This document shows positions 49,797-53,020 of a DNA stretch of 53,020 bases, in pieces. This DNA is from a virus (taxonomy: Duplodnaviria > Caudoviricetes). Position 1 is the stretch's first letter, and every line of letters begins with the position of its first letter. The stretch covers positions 1-53,020 of the IMG/VR virus record IMGVR_UViG_3300043419_000168; one strand, written 5' to 3'. The notes under the pieces are model-generated. The model saw only the letters and a list, made by a program, of their open reading frames with translations, was not told the DNA's origin and searched no databases. A program made the translations under genes and the position numbers.

Positions 49797-51065
49797 ATGA
49801 CTACTCGTCAAGAATTATTAGCTAAATGGGCTCCGATTCTAGAATCAGAAGCTGCCCCATCTATCAAAGACAACTACCGTAAGGAAGTTACTGCTGTTCT
49901 TTTGGAAAACCAAGAACGCGAAATGGCAAAACAAAACCAAGTTCTAACTGAAGCTACTCATGCTAACGCTGGTGGTTTAGGTGTTGCACTTGGTGGTGCT
50001 GGTACTAACGCAAACATGGCTGGTTACGATCCAGTGTTGATCAGCTTGGTTCGCCGTGCTGCTCCACAAATGATCGCTTATGACATCGCTGGTGTTCAGC
50101 CAATGACTCAACCAACTGGTTTGATCTTCGCAATGAAGAGCAAGTATACTAGCCAAGCTGGTACTGAGGCTCTATTCAACGAAGCTGATACAGACTTCTC
50201 TGGTACTGGTACTCATGCTGGTGCAAACCCAGTTGACGGTACTTACACTACTGGTACTGGTATGTCTACTGAGACTGCTGAAGGTCTTGGTGATTCAACT
50301 GCATTCAACCAAATGGCTTTCTCAATCGAGAAGACTACTGTAACTGCTAAGACTCGTGCTTTGAAAGCAGAATACACTGTTGAATTGGCTCAAGATTTGC
50401 AAGCTGTTCATGGTTTGAACGCTGAAGGCGAATTGAGCAACATTCTTTCAACAGAAATCACTGCTGAATTGAACCGTGAAGTAGTTCGTACAGTTTACAC
50501 TGCTGCTAAAGTTGGTGCTGAAGTTGGTACTGCTACTGCTGGTACTTTCGACCTAGACGTTGACGCTAATGGTCGTTGGTCTGTTGAGAAGTTCAAAGGT
50601 CTATTGTTCCAAATCGAACGTGAAGCAAACGCTATCGCTCAGACTACTCGTCGTGGTCGTGGTAACTTCATCATCTGTTCTTCAGATGTTGCTTCTGCTC
50701 TAGCTATGGCTGGTGTTCTTGACTATGCTCCAGCATTGTCAACTGGTTTGAACGTAGATGAAGCTTCTACTACTTTCGCTGGTGTATTGAACGGTAAGTA
50801 CAAAGTGTATGTTGATCCATATTCTGCTAACCAATCTGCTAGCCAGTTCTTCGTAGTTGGTTACAAGGGTACTTCAGCATTCGACGCTGGTTTGTTCTAC
50901 TGTCCATACGTACCACTACAAAAGGTTAATGCTGTTGATCCTAACACTTTCCAACCTAAGATTGGTTTCAAGACTCGTTACGGTATGGTTGCAAACCCAT
51001 TCACTAGCTTGTCTTCTGGCCAGAACATCTACTACCGCAAGGTTAAAGTAACTAACTTGATGTAA
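49797..51065 (+). CDS. gp23: Major capsid protein gp23
   Basis: GVQPMTQPTGLIFA, RALKAEYTVELAQDL, LFYCPYVP, TFQPKIGFKTRYG. Confidence 0.98.
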   Translation: MTTRQELLAKWAPILESEAAPSIKDNYRKEVTAVLLENQEREMAKQNQVLTEATHANAGGLGVALGGAGTNANMAGYDPVLISLVRRAAPQMIAYDIAGVQPMTQPTGLIFAMKSKYTSQAGTEALFNEADTDFSGTGTHAGANPVDGTYTTGTGMSTETAEGLGDSTAFNQMAFSIEKTTVTAKTRALKAEYTVELAQDLQAVHGLNAEGELSNILSTEITAELNREVVRTVYTAAKVGAEVGTATAGTFDLDVDANGRWSVEKFKGLLFQIEREANAIAQTTRRGRGNFIICSSDVASALAMAGVLDYAPALSTGLNVDEASTTFAGVLNGKYKVYVDPYSANQSASQFFVVGYKGTSAFDAGLFYCPYVPLQKVNAVDPNTFQPKIGFKTRYGMVANPFTSLSSGQNIYYRKVKVTNLM

Positions 51066-51103
51066 TATTCAAGTTGTATTAAACCTACGTAGATAGGTAA
51101 TTT

Positions 51104-51130
51104 AAAAGGGATCTTCGGATCCCTTTTTTT
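51104..51130 (+). terminator. Intrinsic terminator after gp23 (cUUCGg loop)
   Basis: AAAAGGGATC-TTCG-GATCCCTTTTTTT. Confidence 0.92.
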
Positions 51131-51148
51131 ATATGACTAAATATCTGT

Positions 51149-51682
51149 ATGAACAATATTCTTTCTTGCCCTGTACCAGAAAACATTTCTCCATTATCAC
51201 CTAATGGATTCATGTTCAACATTCAAAAATTGCCAGAAGTTAATTTCTTCTGTCAACAAGTAAACCTACCTGGAATTTTACTTGGTGCTCCAGAATTTGG
51301 TAACCCATTTAATACAGCACCGATCCCTGGTGAAACATTGACATACGATCAACTTACTGTTCAGTTCTTAGTTGACGAAAATATGTCAAACTATAAAGCC
51401 ATATATAACTGGATCGTGGCTTTGGGATTCCCAGAAAATTACACACAGTATGTAAATTTCTTATCTCAATCTGAAGCATTAGTGACATCAGAGTTAGCAA
51501 AGAACTACTCAGACGCAACTCTTGCAATTTTAGATGGTTCAAATAATGTTGTGCAAACTGCACAATTTCATGACTTATTTCCAATATCATTAGACTCTCT
51601 AGTCTTTCAATCAACAAATCAAGATGTGCAATACCTAGTTGGGAATGCAACATTTAGATACGGTTATTACAAGTTTATTTGA
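51149..51682 (+). CDS. gp3: Tail completion / tube terminator gp3
   Basis: LSPNGF, FFCQQVNLPG, FLVDENMSNY, SDATL, FHDLFPISL; CTAAATA at 51137. Confidence 0.88.
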   Translation: MNNILSCPVPENISPLSPNGFMFNIQKLPEVNFFCQQVNLPGILLGAPEFGNPFNTAPIPGETLTYDQLTVQFLVDENMSNYKAIYNWIVALGFPENYTQYVNFLSQSEALVTSELAKNYSDATLAILDGSNNVVQTAQFHDLFPISLDSLVFQSTNQDVQYLVGNATFRYGYYKFI

Positions 51683-51707
51683 CATTTTTGCAATTTAGTA
51701 GTAAAAT
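51679..51707 (+). promoter_or_regulatory. Sigma70-type (early/middle) promoter for uvsY
   Basis: TTGACA (51679-51684), 17-bp spacer, TAAAAT (51702-51707). Confidence 0.8.
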
Positions 51708-51733
51708 TATTATTACGAAAACTTGGAGTTATT

Positions 51734-52171
51734 ATGAATCTTGAAGAATTACAAAATATGTGGGACATCGATTGCGTCATTGATGATAATTATCTTGGCG
51801 AACAGTCAACAGCCACACCTAAACTACATGCTAAGTATGTTAAGTTATTAGTCAATGTTAAATTAAAACATACCAAATTAAGTTCTGATTATAATATGTT
51901 GCGAAAAAATAAATTTCGTTACTATCGTGGAGAACTTAGTCGTGACGAATTAACTCAGTTAGATTGGCCACAGTGGCAGGGTGTTAAACCATTGAAGAAT
52001 GAGATGGACGAATTTCTTCAGGGTGACACCGATCTAAATATATTACGAGTTAAGATTGATTATCTTGAAACGATGATATATTTTTTAGAATCTGTTCTTG
52101 GTCAAATTAAAGCCAGAGACTGGCAAATTAAGACCCATGTTGAATGGAAGAAATTTTTAGCTGGAATGTAA
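51734..52171 (+). CDS. uvsY: Recombination mediator UvsY
   Basis: WDIDCVID, PKLHAKY, YYRGE, RDWQIK...EWKKFLAG; lies between gp3 and uvsW. Confidence 0.9.
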   Translation: MNLEELQNMWDIDCVIDDNYLGEQSTATPKLHAKYVKLLVNVKLKHTKLSSDYNMLRKNKFRYYRGELSRDELTQLDWPQWQGVKPLKNEMDEFLQGDTDLNILRVKIDYLETMIYFLESVLGQIKARDWQIKTHVEWKKFLAGM

Positions 52172-53020
52172 TGATTATTAAAATTGAGAAACTTGATGAA
52201 GTTTATGTTCGTGTATTTTCAGAAGCATCTATCGAACAAGAAATTTCTGACTTCTTTACCTATGAATATCCAGGTGCTAGGTTCACTCCACAATTCAGAG
52301 CACGTCTGTGGGACGGTAAAGTAAGGTTATATGATCAGGTTCGTAAAACTCTTTACGTAGGTTTAGTTTCTTACGTAGAAGAATTCGCTACTCGTAATGG
52401 TTATTCAGTTGAGTATGTGAATCAAGTTGTAAATATAAATCCAAACATCACAAACGAATCTATTGAATTGTTTGCTAAAACATTGGAACCACAGGGTCGT
52501 GGTAAACCAATCGAGATTCGTGACTATCAAATAGAAGCAGTGCAAACTGCTTTATCAAAAGAAAGAACATTGCTTCTTTCACCTACCGCATCTGGTAAAT
52601 CATTTATTATATACACAATTATGCGTTGGCACTTGCTGGCCAAGCGTAAGTGTATTATTATTGTTCCAACAACATCCTTAGTTGAGCAATTATTCGCTGA
52701 CTTTGAAGATTACTCATCAGCGAATAAATGGGATGTTTCTGGACACTGCCAAAAACTATATTCTGGATTCACAAAAGATTTCACTAAAGACGTTTTAATT
52801 ACGACATGGCAGTCAGTATATTTACAACCAAAAGCGTGGTTCCGTCAGTTTGATGTAATCTTCGGTGACGAAGCTCATCAATTTAAAGCTAAATCTTTAA
52901 CTACTGTTATGGAAAAGATGGATAACATTCGTTATCGTATCGGAACGACAGGAACATTAGATAATAAAAAAGTTCATAAGTTAGTGCTCGAAGGTATGTT
53001 CGGTCCAGTCCATAGAGTTA
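52171..53020 (+). CDS. uvsW: SF2 helicase UvsW (partial, runs off window end)
   Basis: Not in the ORF track. Manual translation gives MIIKIEKLDEV...RLWDGKVRL...IRDYQ...LSPTASGKS...IIVPTTSLV...GDEAH...GTTGTL. Confidence 0.95.
   Translation, partial: MIIKIEKLDEVYVRVFSEASIEQEISDFFTYEYPGARFTPQFRARLWDGKVRLYDQVRKTLYVGLVSYVEEFATRNGYSVEYVNQVVNINPNITNESIELFAKTLEPQGRGKPIEIRDYQIEAVQTALSKERTLLLSPTASGKSFIIYTIMRWHLLAKRKCIIIVPTTSLVEQLFADFEDYSSANKWDVSGHCQKLYSGFTKDFTKDVLITTWQSVYLQPKAWFRQFDVIFGDEAHQFKAKSLTTVMEKMDNIRYRIGTTGTLDNKKVHKLVLEGMFGPVHRV

Noticed and set aside
40818-51065. Introns, inteins or stop-codon reassignment in core genes
   Set aside because: gp17, gp20, gp21 and gp23 are uninterrupted and of ordinary length in the standard code.

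Overview
AT-rich, densely coding virion-morphogenesis region of a large T4-like myovirus. The gene set and order resemble the distant aquatic T4-likes rather than T4 itself; the host cannot be determined from this window. A minus-strand block (gp26, gp16, 3-TM holin, gp54-like, gp2, gp4) diverges from a long plus-strand run: baseplate (gp48, gp53, hub, gp5, PAAR, gp25, gp6, gp7, gp8), a 2048-aa VrlC/DUF4815-like protein, tail fibres, gp13-15, gp17-23, gp3, uvsY and partial uvsW. The most notable feature is a ~7 kb accessory island among the tail-fibre genes (23.3-30.4 kb). An S74-chaperone fibre is followed directly by a 122-aa protein with 17 Cys in Asn-Cys repeats, an unknown protein, a radical SAM/SPASM enzyme, a small ORF, a TRAP DctP-type binding protein with no signal peptide, an asparagine-synthetase-like PP-loop ATPase and a degenerate 2OG-Fe(II) oxygenase-like gene. 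Most of these have T4-type late promoter motifs upstream. I infer a phage-encoded RiPP-like post-translational modification system, possibly acting on a fibre-tip protein. Other points: a gp5 spike carrying both GH19-like and M15 peptidase-like domains, a displaced gp16, late promoters positioned to give leaderless mRNAs, and late promoters overlapping terminator hairpins. All family calls come from motif recognition by eye; no searches were run.
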